From: a virus
Reading direction: 5' to 3' (one strand)
IMG/VR virus record: IMGVR_UViG_3300032236_001259
Coordinates: 6,940-70,939 of that record
DNA: 64,000 nucleotides
The notes beneath the pieces were generated by a model. That model did no database searches, had not been told where the DNA came from, and saw nothing but the letters and a program-made list of their open reading frames with translations. Shown piece by piece: positions 18,497 through 28,445 of the stretch. The translations under genes and the position numbers were made by a program. The stretch's first letter is position 1, and each line of letters starts with the position of its first letter.

Positions 18497-18898
18497 TCAC
18501 AAAGATACTTCAAAGCGATTTTTCATTTTGTATAGGGTATCTTCAGGCACTCCGTGAATATTAATACCACTGTGTCTGTTCTCTACAATGACACTGAACA
18601 CTCTGTATCCATACTGCTCTGCTAATTTGTAATAGGCTTCCATCTCCCATTCTTGTGTAAACGTATTAGATACCACGATATTAGGAATTGCTAACGAATT
18701 CATTCTTCTTTCAACTTCGTTTCTGCACCATTCGTGCGCTTGTCTTAACTTTGTAGCATCGAAATTATAGTTGCCGTCTGTGTCGTAAAAGAATTTATCC
18801 GCTTCACATATAGCGCTCTCTTCTGAGACGATGTGCGCTAATGAGCTCTTACCGCTTCCAGGCAATCCCCTCAATATTATTAAATTTTTAGTATTCAT
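18497..18898 (-). CDS. P-loop kinase (AAA_33, polynucleotide kinase-like)
   Basis: LRGLPGSGKS, EAD, VVSNT, HGVP. Confidence 0.8.
   Translation of the reverse strand: MNTKNLIILRGLPGSGKSSLAHIVSEESAICEADKFFYDTDGNYNFDATKLRQAHEWCRNEVERRMNSLAIPNIVVSNTFTQEWEMEAYYKLAEQYGYRVFSVIVENRHSGINIHGVPEDTLYKMKNRFEVSL
18500..18507 (-). promoter_or_regulatory. Bacteroidota -7 promoter element
   Basis: TATCTTTG upstream of the RNA ligase. Confidence 0.5.
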
Positions 18899-19485
18899 CG
18901 CACGTTTGTTTTTTCGTTGTGGTGATCGACAAAAGCTATTTCTCTCTTGTCTAAGATATTTTTAACTTCGGCGAATTTGAAAGGCCTATACTCTCCAAAC
19001 AATCTATATGCGTTATCCACTCCTACGTCCATGCTCTTACCCCAAGGACTATGTTCTGCAGACGCGTGAGAGTGACCGTAGAGGTGCCAATAACCTTTGT
19101 GACTGCCTTCCCATATTCTGTGAGAATAGTGCGACATGAATATGTGTTGATTTTCTACAGTTACGTTTAGCGTATCGCCTGTAAAAGTAAAGTGATCTTT
19201 GTACAATTGTTGTTTTGGATCGTGGTTACCTTTGATCCAAAATAAATTCTTACATACAATTCTCGCTCTCCAATCAGGAGTCAAATCATGTCCACCGAAA
19301 CAAAAATCACCCAAAAAGAATAAATTATCGTCCTGTCCCACCATATTATTTATATTGTTCAACAGAGTATCATTCATCTTTTGAACAGAATCAAAAGTCC
19401 TGTATCCAGACTTCCACTTGCTAGTCTTACTACTCGCAATATTAGCGTGATTTAGGTGTAGATCTGAGGTGAAAAATGTATTCAT
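18895..19485 (-). CDS. Calcineurin-like metallophosphoesterase
   Basis: SDLH, LGDF, GNHD, HLYGHSH, DVGVD. Confidence 0.9.
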   Translation of the reverse strand: MNTFFTSDLHLNHANIASSKTSKWKSGYRTFDSVQKMNDTLLNNINNMVGQDDNLFFLGDFCFGGHDLTPDWRARIVCKNLFWIKGNHDPKQQLYKDHFTFTGDTLNVTVENQHIFMSHYSHRIWEGSHKGYWHLYGHSHASAEHSPWGKSMDVGVDNAYRLFGEYRPFKFAEVKNILDKREIAFVDHHNEKTNVR

Positions 19486-19561
19486 GTTATTTAATTTAAA
19501 AAGTAAAGATATAAATAATATTTTGACTTTTCAAACTTTTTTATTGCTTTTTATTTTCGGG

Positions 19562-19951
19562 CTAGGAAATATTGTGACCGCTGGTCGGCAAATCTCTATT
19601 ATCTATTAAATCCGACACTCTGAGCCCCATTGTATAGCTTTTATAGTTTATGATCTGAAAAACTTCTAAATTGTCGTAGTACCAATCAATGATGGCGTTT
19701 TTTGGTTGTTCTGTGTTTATGTCCAACACTATGTCACTAAAATTAAAGTAAAAATCACTTACTGTGACTATACCACCCACTTCATTTCCTACCCACCCAA
19801 TAAATTCCATTTCCTGCTTTTCGCAAAACATATCGACGTATTCTTGACACGCAGATTCGTATTTCTTTTTTAATTGTTCAATCTTTTTCATTTTGACGTA
19901 TTCTTGACACGCAGATTCGTATTTCTTTTTTAATTGTTCAATCTTTTTCAT
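19562..19951 (-). CDS. Hypothetical protein with duplicated N-terminus
   Basis: MKKIEQLKKKYESACQEYV occurs twice. Confidence 0.55.
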   Translation of the reverse strand: MKKIEQLKKKYESACQEYVKMKKIEQLKKKYESACQEYVDMFCEKQEMEFIGWVGNEVGGIVTVSDFYFNFSDIVLDINTEQPKNAIIDWYYDNLEVFQIINYKSYTMGLRVSDLIDNRDLPTSGHNIS

Positions 19952-19952
19952 T
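19835..19952. repeat. Exact 58-bp tandem duplication, 60-bp period
   Basis: 19835-19892 is identical to 19895-19952. Confidence 0.9.
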
Positions 19953-19961
19953 GTGTGTCTT

Positions 19962-21047
19962 TTAATTACTTAGTGGTGCTTTAATCGCGGGGTGTGATTG
20001 ATAATTTTCTAATGCAAAAAAGTCAGGTTTGAATTCATCTATTTTTTCTGCAAATGGTATGTTTACATCGTTTAAATACCAATACTCATCTTTACATAAT
20101 AATTTAGGTAAATCAAATGGAAATCTACTTAATTGTTCTTTAGCTTGTTCAATATGATTATTATACAAATGAACATCACCTAAGTTACCAATTAATTCTT
20201 CAGGAACCATATTTACTTCCTTAGCAATAATCTCAAGTAGCAAACCGTAGGATGCTATGTTGAATGGTAATCCTAAGAATGTATCCACTGAACGTTGGTT
20301 CCACATTAATGAGATTGCTCTGCGAGGTATTCCAAATCCATTATACTCAGCATTCCAATCACCACTAAAAGGCCATACATCACAAACATAACCTCTATCT
20401 TCAAATATTTTTTTCCTCTCATCTAAACTCAACTCTCTCGTATAAACTTGAAATCCATAATGACAAGGTGGTAATACCATTTGGTCTATCTCACCTACAT
20501 TCCAAGCATTAACCATTAAACGTCTTGAGTCTGGATTTGTTTTTAGTGCAGTAATTAAAAAGTCTATTTGGTCAAATTGTGATTGGTAAAATTCATCATG
20601 ACCTAACCATTTCCTCCATTGTGCACCATAAATCGGACCTAAATCACCCCACTTTTTAGCAAACTTATCATCTGTTTTGATTTTATCTATGAATTGATCC
20701 TTAGGTAAATTATAATCAGGATGATGTGCCATTGCATTATTTAATTCGATTTCACGCTTAGTTATTTTTTGATAATTAACGTACGCATCTCCATCCCAAA
20801 TATGACAATCGTTATCAACTAAGTATTTGATATTAGTATCACCTCGTAAGAACCATAATAGCTCTGTTACGATACCTTTGAAGTACATCTTCTTTGTGGT
20901 AAGAAGAGGAAAACCTTCAGACATCTTGTGTCTGATCTGTCTACCAAACACTGATAGAGTACCCGTACCGGTTCTGTCTCGTTTTTGAATACCGTTATCA
21001 AGAATGTCTTGAAGTAGGTCTGTGTATGTTTTATCTAAATTATTCAT
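19962..21047 (-). CDS. thyA: Thymidylate synthase
   Basis: DRTGTGT, ELLWFLRG, LGPIYGAQWR, LPPCH, QRSVDTFLGLPFNIASY, HLYNNH. Confidence 0.97.
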   Translation of the reverse strand: MNNLDKTYTDLLQDILDNGIQKRDRTGTGTLSVFGRQIRHKMSEGFPLLTTKKMYFKGIVTELLWFLRGDTNIKYLVDNDCHIWDGDAYVNYQKITKREIELNNAMAHHPDYNLPKDQFIDKIKTDDKFAKKWGDLGPIYGAQWRKWLGHDEFYQSQFDQIDFLITALKTNPDSRRLMVNAWNVGEIDQMVLPPCHYGFQVYTRELSLDERKKIFEDRGYVCDVWPFSGDWNAEYNGFGIPRRAISLMWNQRSVDTFLGLPFNIASYGLLLEIIAKEVNMVPEELIGNLGDVHLYNNHIEQAKEQLSRFPFDLPKLLCKDEYWYLNDVNIPFAEKIDEFKPDFFALENYQSHPAIKAPLSN

Positions 21048-21053
21048 GACTTT

Positions 21054-21644
21054 TTATTTTACATTCCAAATTTCTATTGGTAAGTATTTTCTACAGATGT
21101 CTGCTGTTAGCTTTTGATTTGATTCATAAGCAGCCAAAGCACCCTCAACATCCTCAGCATCAGCATTGGCAGACCAAGCAGCAGCACAAGCAGTATGAGC
21201 AGCCCAATTAGCAGCACGAGCAGCATCATAAGCAGCAGCATCAGCATCAGCAGCATTAGCATCAGCAGCATTAGCAGCCGAACAAGCAGCATCAGCACCC
21301 CAAGCAGCAGCATCCAATTCTTCTATAGTAATCTTCCCCTCACCAAAAGCGATAGCAGCATCGACAGCTTTTAAGCTTCTTTCGTCTGTCATTATATGTC
21401 TAACAGTATTTGCACAGTGACCCTTAGCTAGTGTTAACAGTTGTAGATCCTTTGGATTAGTTTTTGCAAATAGCCACAATAACCAATCTCCTCGATGACA
21501 GGTAGAGTAGACTTCTTCCCATGACTTATCAGCTACCCAGTCTTTTGCTTCTTCACAAGCATTTAGCTTAACTAAAAGAAGTTGAAATCTTTTTACTTTG
21601 TAAAAACGATATGCTCGTTTGAGCAGATTTAGTATTGTTTTCAT
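21054..21644 (-). CDS. Ala-rich paralogue 5 with N-terminal extension
   Basis: Same conserved arms as paralogues 1-4. Confidence 0.75.
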   Translation of the reverse strand: MKTILNLLKRAYRFYKVKRFQLLLVKLNACEEAKDWVADKSWEEVYSTCHRGDWLLWLFAKTNPKDLQLLTLAKGHCANTVRHIMTDERSLKAVDAAIAFGEGKITIEELDAAAWGADAACSAANAADANAADADAAAYDAARAANWAAHTACAAAWSANADAEDVEGALAAYESNQKLTADICRKYLPIEIWNVK

Positions 21645-21697
21645 AACTTTTATTTAATTTAAAATTTTTTGATATTTATATCTATAAAAATAGAATT

Positions 21698-21946
21698 ATG
21701 TCAATAGTAGATTTAAAATCTCAATTATCGAATAATAATCAGTCATATCCTAATATCGACTTAAGTAAGCTAAATTCTAATTTGGATAATTTTACAACTT
21801 CATATCCAAGTGTTAATATAGCTAATTTAAATTCAAATATACCCCATAATGTTCCAATATTTAATGATGCCTTAGATTTATCTAAAATTGTTACAAAATT
21901 GGAAAAACAAGGGACATCTATAAAACCTTTTGGAAAAATTCAGTAA
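21698..21946 (+). CDS. Small Asn/Ser-rich protein with internal repeats
   Basis: SYPNIDLSKLNSN / SYPSVNIANLNSN; ATATTTATA at 21672. Confidence 0.5.
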   Translation: MSIVDLKSQLSNNNQSYPNIDLSKLNSNLDNFTTSYPSVNIANLNSNIPHNVPIFNDALDLSKIVTKLEKQGTSIKPFGKIQ

Positions 21947-22093
21947 GTACTATCGCCCTTGGCCTCTATAGTTGCGTTCTTTTTTATCGCTTCTATTATA
22001 GACTTTTTTTGCCTTTCCGTTTTTCTTTTTTCCGAAAGTTACTTTCCTGCTATCATTTGATCCTTTATCTTTTGCCATGTTATAATTAGAATT

Positions 22094-22357
22094 TTAAATT
22101 AAAATATTTATTTCTGAAATATATGTTGATTTCGGTTTAACTCCTACTATTCTTCTTACCTCTTTTCCGTCTTTTTCTATAATTATCTGAGGCACTGATC
22201 TGATATTATATTGCTCTGCAATTGAGGAATTTTGATCAATATCTATCGTTGAAAATGATGCATTTTTGCTGAATTCTTCTGATAATTCATTGAAAGTGGG
22301 TGCTAAAATCTTACAAGGTTGGCACCATGATGCGGTAAAACGTATTATTTTAATCAT
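22094..22357 (-). CDS. Thioredoxin
   Basis: WCQPC active site and SVP cis-Pro motif. Confidence 0.93.
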   Translation of the reverse strand: MIKIIRFTASWCQPCKILAPTFNELSEEFSKNASFSTIDIDQNSSIAEQYNIRSVPQIIIEKDGKEVRRIVGVKPKSTYISEINILI

Positions 22358-22625
22358 TTTTATGTATTTTTTGATAGTTTTTAAGTAAATTTAATAGATT
22401 TTCCATCATTTCTATGTCATTTTTTAGTTCAGGATTGATGATTTCTAATGAATTTTCAGTTTCTTCTATATAACCTTCTATGGTTTCTTCATCAATATCT
22501 TCAAAATCTGATTCAAGAAACTCATACCAAACACATTCAACCAGATCCATTGTGAAGTTTTTTAACTCAATTTCTTCTAATTTATCTACTAAATCGCTTA
22601 TTTCTTGTTGAAAATCTGTATTCAT
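22350..22625 (-). CDS. Acidic hypothetical protein
   Basis: Very Glu/Asp-rich 91-aa ORF. Confidence 0.55.
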   Translation of the reverse strand: MNTDFQQEISDLVDKLEEIELKNFTMDLVECVWYEFLESDFEDIDEETIEGYIEETENSLEIINPELKNDIEMMENLLNLLKNYQKIHKND

Positions 22626-22626
22626 T

Positions 22627-23106
22627 TTATATGTTTTTATATTTTTTACCTAATTCTTCTATTATTTTTATAGCTTCGTAAGAATCGATCTCAAATCCTT
22701 CTCTTTTATTATTTACTCTTTTTCCTTGATTTTCTAAATAATTATGAATTTCTTTTTCTAATAATGGACCATTAGGACATTTATAAACAAAAACCGGATA
22801 CCATGGTGTTATAACTCCAGTAGATGAATTTATTTGTCTACATCTTTCGTATACCGTTTTTCTAGTATAACCTATTTTACAAATTCCCGGCAGTCCGGGA
22901 TTTACCAAAATATAAATATAATGTGGCTTATAAATACCATAAGTAGGATCTAACCAGGATTCTCCATAATAAATGACTTCTTCCCATTTTTCATCAATAG
23001 GTTTTAAACTGAATGCCTTTACCTGATCCATATTGTATGTAAAATCTTTTTCGGGATCCAATTTTCTATAAAATTTGGTTTCCTCTTCTAAAATTCTGTT
23101 TATCAT
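22627..23106 (-). CDS. T5orf172/GIY-YIG-like domain protein
   Basis: YIYILVNP.LPGICKIGYT...R...TGV..P...EKEIH...REGF. Confidence 0.8.
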   Translation of the reverse strand: MINRILEEETKFYRKLDPEKDFTYNMDQVKAFSLKPIDEKWEEVIYYGESWLDPTYGIYKPHYIYILVNPGLPGICKIGYTRKTVYERCRQINSSTGVITPWYPVFVYKCPNGPLLEKEIHNYLENQGKRVNNKREGFEIDSYEAIKIIEELGKKYKNI

Positions 23107-23147
23107 AAAGCAAAAGTAAAAATTAATTTTAAATCTGCAAATTTATT

Positions 23148-23711
23148 TTAACCATTTAACAACAAATCTCTATATCGATAATAAAATTTATCTAGTAGAA
23201 CATCTTTTAGATGTTCAAAACTCTTCTCTTTATGTAAAAAAGGAGCTTCTTTTACTACTACTGCCATCTCATTTGGAGATGTCACTTCAATCAATCCTGC
23301 ATAAGCAGGAATCATTGATGTAGTCAATAATCCTTTAGGAGCAGCATAAAAGAATTTATTAGGTTTTTTTATAAAATCTAAAGGATCGTTAGATTCTAAA
23401 AGTTGATGTTTATCTACTTTGTTGAAGTCGTCTTTAAAGTCACCCCTGGTGACCTTCACTTCGACTTCATACACATATCCGCTTTCTGAAACTGAGAAAA
23501 AATCACTTTCCCATTTGTATATATAAGCATTATTTATAACATATTTGTGGTTGATATATCTAAGCTGAAGAGAGCTTATGATGTCTTTAGAATTTAATTC
23601 ATCTATTGATTTAACTGAAGAAATATTCTTAACTGATTTTTTCTTCTTATGGGTGGGTTTTACTATATTTGAGTCTTTAAGAGACTTAAAATCTATTAAC
23701 AAATCAGACAT
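23148..23711 (-). CDS. PD-(D/E)XK nuclease-like protein (MmcB-like)
   Basis: ESDF...EVEVKVTRGDFKDD...FFYAAP...AGLI. Confidence 0.7.
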   Translation of the reverse strand: MSDLLIDFKSLKDSNIVKPTHKKKKSVKNISSVKSIDELNSKDIISSLQLRYINHKYVINNAYIYKWESDFFSVSESGYVYEVEVKVTRGDFKDDFNKVDKHQLLESNDPLDFIKKPNKFFYAAPKGLLTTSMIPAYAGLIEVTSPNEMAVVVKEAPFLHKEKSFEHLKDVLLDKFYYRYRDLLLNG

Positions 23712-23825
23712 AACATAAAATTTTTTGTAAAAATATTAAAAATAATTTGGATTGTATTATATTTTCTTTTATTTTTGTAATGTTAATTCATTATAAAAGT
23801 ATATCGCGTATACGCGACAACACTA

Positions 23826-23894
<69 letters not shown>

Positions 23895-23953
23895 GATATT
23901 TATATACTAATAATCAACTATATATAAACATATAATCAACTAATAATAAATAT

Positions 23954-24154
23954 ATGAAAAATAAAGAGTTAGCTCTTAATAAGCTAGAGCAAGTAGAAGG
24001 AGCGGTAAATAATTTGAAATCTTCCGCGTATAGAGGACAATACGATGATCTTGAACAAAGATTTGAAAGAGTTACGAATCTTTTAGAAGATCTTCGTAAT
24101 CTAATCAGTATAGAAAAAGAACAATTTTTAACAGGCCCTCATCAAGGGTTATAA
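23954..24154 (+). CDS. Small coiled-coil protein
   Basis: 66-aa ORF; ATATTTATA at 23896. Confidence 0.55.
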   Translation: MKNKELALNKLEQVEGAVNNLKSSAYRGQYDDLEQRFERVTNLLEDLRNLISIEKEQFLTGPHQGL

Positions 24155-24169
24155 AAAAAACAAATAGTT

Positions 24170-24862
24170 ATGAAAGCAGAACAATTACAACAAAACTTTG
24201 AAACTTTAATTGATTTTATCAATCAAAAATTTACTGGGAAAAGAAAAGAAAAACTATTAGATCTTTATGATAAATTAGCTGATAGAATTGCTACTGCACC
24301 GGCATCATCTAAAAAACAATATCATAATGCATTTCCGGGAGGATATGTTTTACACGTTTTGAATGTTATTTCAGCTACGGAAAAAATATCTAATCTATGG
24401 AAAGAATTAGGTCTAGAATTAGATTTTTCAGATGAAGAAATGTATTTCTCAGCATTAAATCATGATCTAGGAAAGATTGGAAGTTTAGAGGAAGATTATT
24501 ATATTCCTTGTACTGAAGAGTGGCAAAAGAAAAAAGGTCAGTTATATGTAACTAATCCCGAACTTCAATTTATGAAAGTTTCTGAACGATCAATATTCAT
24601 ACTTCAACAACATGGAATTTCTATTTCAGAGAAAGAATATTTAAGTATTAAACTCCATGATGGTCTATATGAGGAAGGAAATAAATCTTATTTCATATCT
24701 TTTAACGAAGGTTACGAATTAAAAACTTATTTGCCTTATATCTTACATCAGGCAGATCTTTTATGTTCTAAGATAGAATCAAAAAAAAGCGACAAACAGG
24801 TTAAAAATATAGAGATAGTAAAAACTAATAGTAAAGCTTTAAATAAATTTTTAAATGAATAG
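24170..24862 (+). CDS. HD-domain phosphohydrolase (YhaM-like HD)
   Basis: APAS...YHNAFPGG..LH, LNHDLGKIG, LHDG, LHQAD. Confidence 0.85.
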   Translation: MKAEQLQQNFETLIDFINQKFTGKRKEKLLDLYDKLADRIATAPASSKKQYHNAFPGGYVLHVLNVISATEKISNLWKELGLELDFSDEEMYFSALNHDLGKIGSLEEDYYIPCTEEWQKKKGQLYVTNPELQFMKVSERSIFILQQHGISISEKEYLSIKLHDGLYEEGNKSYFISFNEGYELKTYLPYILHQADLLCSKIESKKSDKQVKNIEIVKTNSKALNKFLNE

Positions 24863-25166
24863 TATGTTAATAGTTAATATTTTATTTTTTATAGCACTCG
24901 TAGCAGCTGCATTTGTGATTAAAAATCTACTTAAAAAAGTTGAAATGTATGAAGACGATATTCAACTTAAAGATGAGTTTTTAACTAAGTTTAAAACTAT
25001 GGTGGGCACATCTTCAGAAAAAATGTACGAGTTAGATCAAAAAGGAGTTTTTGAATCAGACGACGAGATAGGATTTATTTTCCAAGATATTAAAAATATA
25101 TCTATGGGATTGAATGCTTACTTTCAGAATTATATGAAAGAAGAAGATACCAATAAGAAAAAATAA
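24855..25166 (+). CDS. Membrane-anchored hypothetical protein
   Basis: N-terminal TM; FESDDEIG motif. Confidence 0.55.
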   Translation: MNSMLIVNILFFIALVAAAFVIKNLLKKVEMYEDDIQLKDEFLTKFKTMVGTSSEKMYELDQKGVFESDDEIGFIFQDIKNISMGLNAYFQNYMKEEDTNKKK

Positions 25167-25232
25167 TTAGTTACGTTAAAAAATAAACAGTTATGTATAA
25201 AATAATCAATAATAAAATTATAAGCAGAGTGT

Positions 25233-25988
25233 ATGCCGAGAAAGAAAAAATTAGAATCAGTTTTTGATGAAGAGATTTATACAAAGAATGGAAAATTAAG
25301 AAAACGTAAAAAAAAGAAATCAAGAGAGTATTTTGATAAATCTACAGAAGATGCTATTGTCGCGTACTTAGCTTCTTCCGATGAAGCTGAGCGTAATTTT
25401 CTTTACAATGAAAAAATCGATCATAGCTTTTACAAATTAGCCGAAAACATCATCCACACATTTAAGTTCTATTATACAGAACTAGACAACGTTGAAGATT
25501 TAAAACACGAAGTTGTCACTTTCCTTTTAGAAAAATTACATAGGTACGATCAGTCAAAAGGTAAAGCTTATTCGTATTTTGGTACGATAGCTAAAAGATA
25601 TCTAATAGTTTACAACGAAACTAATTTCAAAAAATTAAAAGCAAAAGCTGAATTAGAAGAAGTAGATGAAGATAGAAGAATAGTATCAGATTTATTAAGT
25701 AAAGACGATGCTAGTGAACTAACTTCATTTATAGATTCGTATGTAAAATATGTTGAAGAACATATGGAAAGATTATTCGTATCGGAGAATGAACAGACTA
25801 TTGTTATAGCTATAATGGAAATATTCAAAAGAAGAGAGAATCTAGAAGTATTCAATAAACAGCATTTTTACTTCTTTATAAGGGAGATCACCGGCCAATC
25901 GACACCGAACATCACCAAAGTAGTTAAAGAGCTTAAAAAGGTCTATAAACACCTTATGAACGTTATGTATCTGGAAGGTGAAATATAA
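25233..25988 (+). CDS. Late sigma factor, T4 gp55-like
   Basis: YKLAENII...EKLHRYDQSKGKAYSYFGTIAKRYL resembles gp55 region 2; precedes the structural genes. Confidence 0.65.
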   Translation: MPRKKKLESVFDEEIYTKNGKLRKRKKKKSREYFDKSTEDAIVAYLASSDEAERNFLYNEKIDHSFYKLAENIIHTFKFYYTELDNVEDLKHEVVTFLLEKLHRYDQSKGKAYSYFGTIAKRYLIVYNETNFKKLKAKAELEEVDEDRRIVSDLLSKDDASELTSFIDSYVKYVEEHMERLFVSENEQTIVIAIMEIFKRRENLEVFNKQHFYFFIREITGQSTPNITKVVKELKKVYKHLMNVMYLEGEI

Positions 25989-26023
25989 ATTGCTTAAAAC
26001 TATATTTATTAAAAAGGATAAAA

Positions 26024-26392
26024 ATGGCAGAATTTGATCAAATAATTTTTGGTAAAAAGAAGTTTTCAGACGTACTACAGGAGATTTACACTAGATCTAC
26101 TACTAAAGAAAAGCAGATTACGGAGCTAATTGAGCAATTAAAAGAGCTTATTCAAAATACCGGAGATGCGGTAATGATGGTTCCGCTTATAGCGAGTTAT
26201 ATGGATTTGAATCTAAAAAATGACGATTCATTAATCAAAATGGCAGCTATTGTACAAAAAGCCATGACTAGAGGTAAAGAAACGGGTGATTTTCTTTTAC
26301 CAGATAATGAAAAAGAAGAATTATTAAGGTTAGCTCAAGAAGCTACCGCTGAAAAATCTATTTCTAAAAATATAAAGTTACCATCAGCTTAA
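26024..26392 (+). CDS. Helical late protein of unknown function
   Basis: 122-aa ORF; late motif at 26002. Confidence 0.55.
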   Translation: MAEFDQIIFGKKKFSDVLQEIYTRSTTKEKQITELIEQLKELIQNTGDAVMMVPLIASYMDLNLKNDDSLIKMAAIVQKAMTRGKETGDFLLPDNEKEELLRLAQEATAEKSISKNIKLPSA

Positions 26393-27975
26393 TGGGTGAA
26401 AATTCAATTAAAGTCGGAACAGCGGCCATGTTCTCTGATAATTCATTCGACCTTCGATCATTTGAAGGGGGTATACATGATTCTATCATAGCTAGAGTTA
26501 CATTTATTCTTTTGGATGATAGCGATCAAGTTAGATTTAATTCATACGGTGGATGGAAAGCTTTAGGAACAATAGAATGCGTTCCTTATTTAAATGATTC
26601 GAAAACAACTACTAAAATAGTTGCAAAACCAATGAATGGACATTTTAGCAAATACCCAGTGTTAAATGAATTAGTTCTTATAAAGAAAGCGGTTAGTTAT
26701 ATATCTCAAGGTGGTCAAAACAATTATAATCCAGATTATTATTATACAGATATAATACATACATGGAATGCCATAGAGCATAATGCTACACCTGATTCTA
26801 ACTTACTTTCATCTACTATAGAAAATACAACTACTTACTCCGATTCAACTATAGGTCATACTGCAAAAAACAATATTCAAAATTCTGTATCTATAACTGG
26901 ACAATTTAATGAAAAAGGAAAAACTAGAAAATTAATATCACTCCCAGGAGATGTGACAATACAAGGTAGATCAGGACACAGTATAAGATTTGGTTCATCT
27001 ATTGATGGTTTTAATAGTCCAATAAAAGGAAATGATAGATCTCCATTAATAATGATCTCAAATAATCAACATGAGAGAGATAATAGTAACCCATCATTTG
27101 AAGATATCAATAAAGATGGGTCTTCATTATATATATTAAATGGTCATGATATAGGATTTGAAATTTCAAGTTTAAATTTTGATTCTCATAATATGGTTAT
27201 TAATGATAGTGTTAAAAGTAATTATATCGTTCCGACTAATCCTTCGGAAGTTCCTTTTACACAATCTCCTACTAAAACTGACAGTGTTGTAAATAAAGAT
27301 AAAGATTCGGTTCCATCTAATTTTCCTGTTTCTAATTCGACACCAACTAAAAATACTAATAATACAGACGATGATTTAGAAGAACTTCCAGCAAATGAGA
27401 GTCTTTTACCATTTGTTAAAGAAACAGAAAAAGATATAGTTAATATAAATAATACTTATAACGATTTTGATAATAACACCATACCTGATTCTAAATCAGT
27501 AGTTAATAACATATCTAGCACTAAACTTATTTTTAATAAAGTTCCATTTGAAATACAACAGAATAAGACATACTGCTTAGTTGCTTGCATATCTATGCTA
27601 TTAAGAAGTTTAAATATATCGAATGTAAATCAAGATAAAATAGGTTCATTAACAGATAAAACAGGAAATTTGAATTTATTTGATGTAGGAAAAGTCTATA
27701 ATTTATCATTTAAAAAAATTCCAATTAGCGGTGGAATTAAAGGATACCAGACTATATCTGAAAAATTGATATCTAATAATTCTCCTTTTATTTTAGAGAG
27801 AAAATCAATTGAACATCCTGATCTAGATAGTAAAAGTCATTTTGTGGTTGTTGTCGGTATCGATAGTGACGGCTCAATCATTACAAGAGATCCTAGAGGA
27901 AAAAATTTTAGTAATTATAAATTAAATGTATCAGATCTGAAACCTTCAGGTGGTACAATAAGAATATTTAAATAA
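26392..27975 (+). CDS. Baseplate hub (gp5-like) with C-terminal C39-like peptidase
   Basis: YPVLNELV and PGDVTIQGRSGHSIRFG; Q..YCLVAC...SHFVVVVG...DP catalytic pattern. Confidence 0.65.
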   Translation: MGENSIKVGTAAMFSDNSFDLRSFEGGIHDSIIARVTFILLDDSDQVRFNSYGGWKALGTIECVPYLNDSKTTTKIVAKPMNGHFSKYPVLNELVLIKKAVSYISQGGQNNYNPDYYYTDIIHTWNAIEHNATPDSNLLSSTIENTTTYSDSTIGHTAKNNIQNSVSITGQFNEKGKTRKLISLPGDVTIQGRSGHSIRFGSSIDGFNSPIKGNDRSPLIMISNNQHERDNSNPSFEDINKDGSSLYILNGHDIGFEISSLNFDSHNMVINDSVKSNYIVPTNPSEVPFTQSPTKTDSVVNKDKDSVPSNFPVSNSTPTKNTNNTDDDLEELPANESLLPFVKETEKDIVNINNTYNDFDNNTIPDSKSVVNNISSTKLIFNKVPFEIQQNKTYCLVACISMLLRSLNISNVNQDKIGSLTDKTGNLNLFDVGKVYNLSFKKIPISGGIKGYQTISEKLISNNSPFILERKSIEHPDLDSKSHFVVVVGIDSDGSIITRDPRGKNFSNYKLNVSDLKPSGGTIRIFK

Positions 27976-28445
27976 TGACATTTAAACAGTTTAATTCATA
28001 TGACAAAAATTATGTCATATTAACTTCAGATAGAATAGTCATCAATAGCAAAGGTGAAAATATATTTTTAGCGGCTAAACATGATATAGCTCTATCTGCT
28101 GTCGGGAGTGTGCATATAGATATTGGTATTTCTGGAAAACAAGATGCAAATAAAAATGTATTTGTTGTTAATTCTCCTAATATACAATTTGGATTGCCTC
28201 AAAAAGGTACAAACGAGCATGTAGCTAAGGCTGAATCTGTTGTAAATTTTATAGCTGATATATCTTCTATATTAAGTCTTTTTAGCAATCTATTAGAATC
28301 GGCACAAGCTATTGGTATGGGAACAGCTTCTGTACCCTCTGTAAACGCAGCTGGTAGCTATTTAAAAGGAGAGATAAATAGAATAAATAAAAAATATGGA
28401 ACAGAGTCTTCGCCTATTATTTCATCAATAACAAAAACCATATAA
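27975..28445 (+). CDS. Baseplate spike / gp5 C-terminal-like protein
   Basis: ILTSDRIVINSK beta-strand repeats; follows the hub gene. Confidence 0.5.
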   Translation: MTFKQFNSYDKNYVILTSDRIVINSKGENIFLAAKHDIALSAVGSVHIDIGISGKQDANKNVFVVNSPNIQFGLPQKGTNEHVAKAESVVNFIADISSILSLFSNLLESAQAIGMGTASVPSVNAAGSYLKGEINRINKKYGTESSPIISSITKTI

